Shown here piece by piece: positions 61,821 through 63,860 of a stretch of DNA of 63,860 nt. Under the pieces are notes generated by a model, which saw nothing but the letters and a program-made list of their open reading frames with translations, was not told the origin of the DNA and searched no databases. How positions within the stretch are numbered: the stretch's first letter is position 1; every line of letters begins with the position of its first letter. This DNA is from Octopus bimaculoides. Lineage: Eukaryota. Made by a program: the position numbers and the translations under genes. Location: assembly GCF_001194135.2 (NCBI RefSeq), contig NC_068982.1, forward strand, positions 13,727,491-13,791,350, read 5' to 3'.

Positions 61821-62924
61821 GAAGATACATATATACATACATACAGGCAGCGAGACAAATATACGTGTGTGCATGAAAATGTACGAGGATATTATATGCA
61901 TTTTTAGCATTCCGTATTCTTCTTGAAGGTCATACTCTAAAGGATTGACTGTAATTCTTAATTTATTTTTAACTCTAGATTACATTAAACAGTTCAATTC
62001 CGAAAGGAGTAAACTAGGGGGTATCCAGTAGACATTTAACAGATTTAAATCCAAATTCGTCAGATTTAGTTAAGACTTGTAAATATTTATCGAAATAATA
62101 TGCGTTCTGTCGAAGTCTCTGAGTTAGTGAACTATTTTCTTTTAAGTGCGACCTGAAGCATAATTTCCTGTGTTAGACGACAGTATTTTAGTCTGAAATG
62201 TCAATATTCTGTTTTACATGATGTAACACTTTCAGAAAAAGTATTGTAACGAAGTTACTTGAATACATTTACAATATAATGATTGAGTAGACAAGAATTA
62301 AGCAAAGAACTCAATATGAGTTATATAAGCAAGTAGAGTACAGTCGAACGGGCAGAGTAAATCTTTATTTTTCGTAATGACACGGCTGTTTCGTAAGAAA
62401 ATTATTGATTTCTAAGTAAAATCAAAATAATTTTTTCTAGAAAAAACTTGGGAGCACACAGTTCTGTTGTAAGTTAAGTCAACGGATTGAAGTCGTCTAA
62501 ATCTGTTTTTCTTTTCACTTAACAAAGTTGGTTCAAACAATATATTCGTAATAAATGGACGTAAATTGTCATGAGCATCTATTTCTATTGACTCGTTAAT
62601 AAAATAGAAGCTGAATTTTATTAATCTACAGTAAATCTATTTGATTGTTTATAGCGGATAACTATATATGTTATGAAATGTATTAAATTGGTAGATAGGG
62701 TAAATATGATTCTACTTCGTCTTTTTTTTCTTTTTTCAGTCTTTACGGATTGTTTCGTATAATTAGTTCAAACAGAACTAATTTTATAGTGTGTAAGGGC
62801 AATAGAAAATCTAAGCAAAATGAAACAGTTTTTAAAGCAGCGCATTAACTAGTTGCTACAATGTACACACAACTGCAGTATTATCTAAAGATGGACTTCG
62901 CTTTCAGTGCAATAATGGTTTAAA

Positions 62925-63120
62925 ATTTTAGCTCAAGGCCAGCAATTTTAGGTAAATCACGTCGAACCAGTGTTCAACTAGTACTGATTTTACCGACCCC
63001 CGAATGGATGAAAGACAAAGTCCATCACGGTGGCTTTTGAACTCAAAATATAAATACGTACAAAATGCAGCTAAGCATTCTGTCCGACGTGCTAACAATT
63101 CTTCTACAACACTGCCTTTT
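62925..63120 (-). mobile_element. SINE B (tail 2), diverged
   Basis: ggtttaaaattttagctcaaggccagc...cttttgaactc...gtgctaacaattct. Confidence 0.75.
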
Positions 63121-63239
63121 TCAGTGTAATAATAATAACCACGTGACACCACATTAGTTACTTATTGGTCTACAGATGCCTGACTAAAACAATTTTTAAT
63201 GCGACTGACGATTTGTCGCAAGGTAAATAAAGAAAGATT

Positions 63240-63470
63240 TGGAGGAGCCACGTGTTGATGTGAAATTCTGCTTCAAATTTAAAAGACCTCTAAAAGAGAT
63301 AATTCTACTGTTGCAACAAGACGTGGGAGGAATGGTTTAGTTGGTCACATTTTCAAAAGTGATACCGGCGTTTCAAAATTTTTTTAACCTTCTACGATAA
63401 TATACGACAATCACACCATGAAATTATGTGCTATGATCCGTGGAGACTATTGCCTAAGTGTCCGGGAAGG
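63240..63470 (+). mobile_element. mariner N-terminal remnant
   Basis: EEPRVDVKFCFKF and KLCAMIRGDYCLSVRE resemble EQRxCIKFC and VRxxIxxDRRLTVRE. Confidence 0.55.
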
Positions 63471-63860
63471 GATCTATTTTAAAACGGGGGCCACAGTTTT
63501 CATTAATGTTTTACGTAGTGTTTTTGGTACGGAAAGACTTTCAAACTTCGTATACTTATCTATTTTGTGTTATAGAACAGAAAAATATTTTTGTATTCGA
63601 ATTTATTTCATGTAAAAAATTGTCTTATTTCGATAATTCCAACCAATCACTGACAAGTATTCAGTTGTTTATATTTACTCCTTTGGCTGATTAGGAGGTG
63701 TAAAGCGTATTTAATCTCCATAACTTCTGACATTTGCAGAGAGGCAACACGTCTTTTTCTTGTGCTAAGGAAGATATATTGATTTTTCCCATCGAGATTT
63801 TGTTTGCTGTTGCGGTGTGAGTTCGTGTCTGTTTGACTCTTTGTATTGAATAACTGTTGG

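Noticed and set aside
62740-62792. Plus-strand exon after a strong polypyrimidine acceptor
   Set aside because: 53 nt with one open frame and no supporting neighbours; poly-T + CAG is common in this composition.

Overview
AT-rich eukaryotic sequence, dense in repeats, with assembly N-gaps. The SINE families and very high microsatellite content point to a coleoid cephalopod, probably Octopus (inference, no search run). No host protein-coding gene, rRNA, true tRNA or CRISPR array is supported, and most long ORFs in the track are translated microsatellites or N-runs. The window is mainly a layered transposon record: three abundant SINE families (A, B, C) plus minor repeat families, about eight Tc1/mariner remnants including a nested rearranged MITE, a Tc2-like MITE pair, RTE and R4/Dong-like LINE 3' fragments, a decayed Helitron RepHel, and several Penelope-like element (PLE) pieces. 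One PLE is near full length (53220-56702, minus; RT + GIY-YIG, inverted terminal repeat). The main result is seven hammerhead-ribozyme-like motifs from six different repeats. Two have intact catalytic cores (21697-21776, 37471-37550). The two in the arms of the large PLE carry an A3-U8 swap of the conserved C3-G8 core pair. Also notable: twin diverged hairpins at about 28.0 and 28.3 kb with a shared fold, and a 128-bp inverted repeat around an exon-like segment at about 39 kb. Element boundaries are approximate unless a TSD or TIR is quoted.
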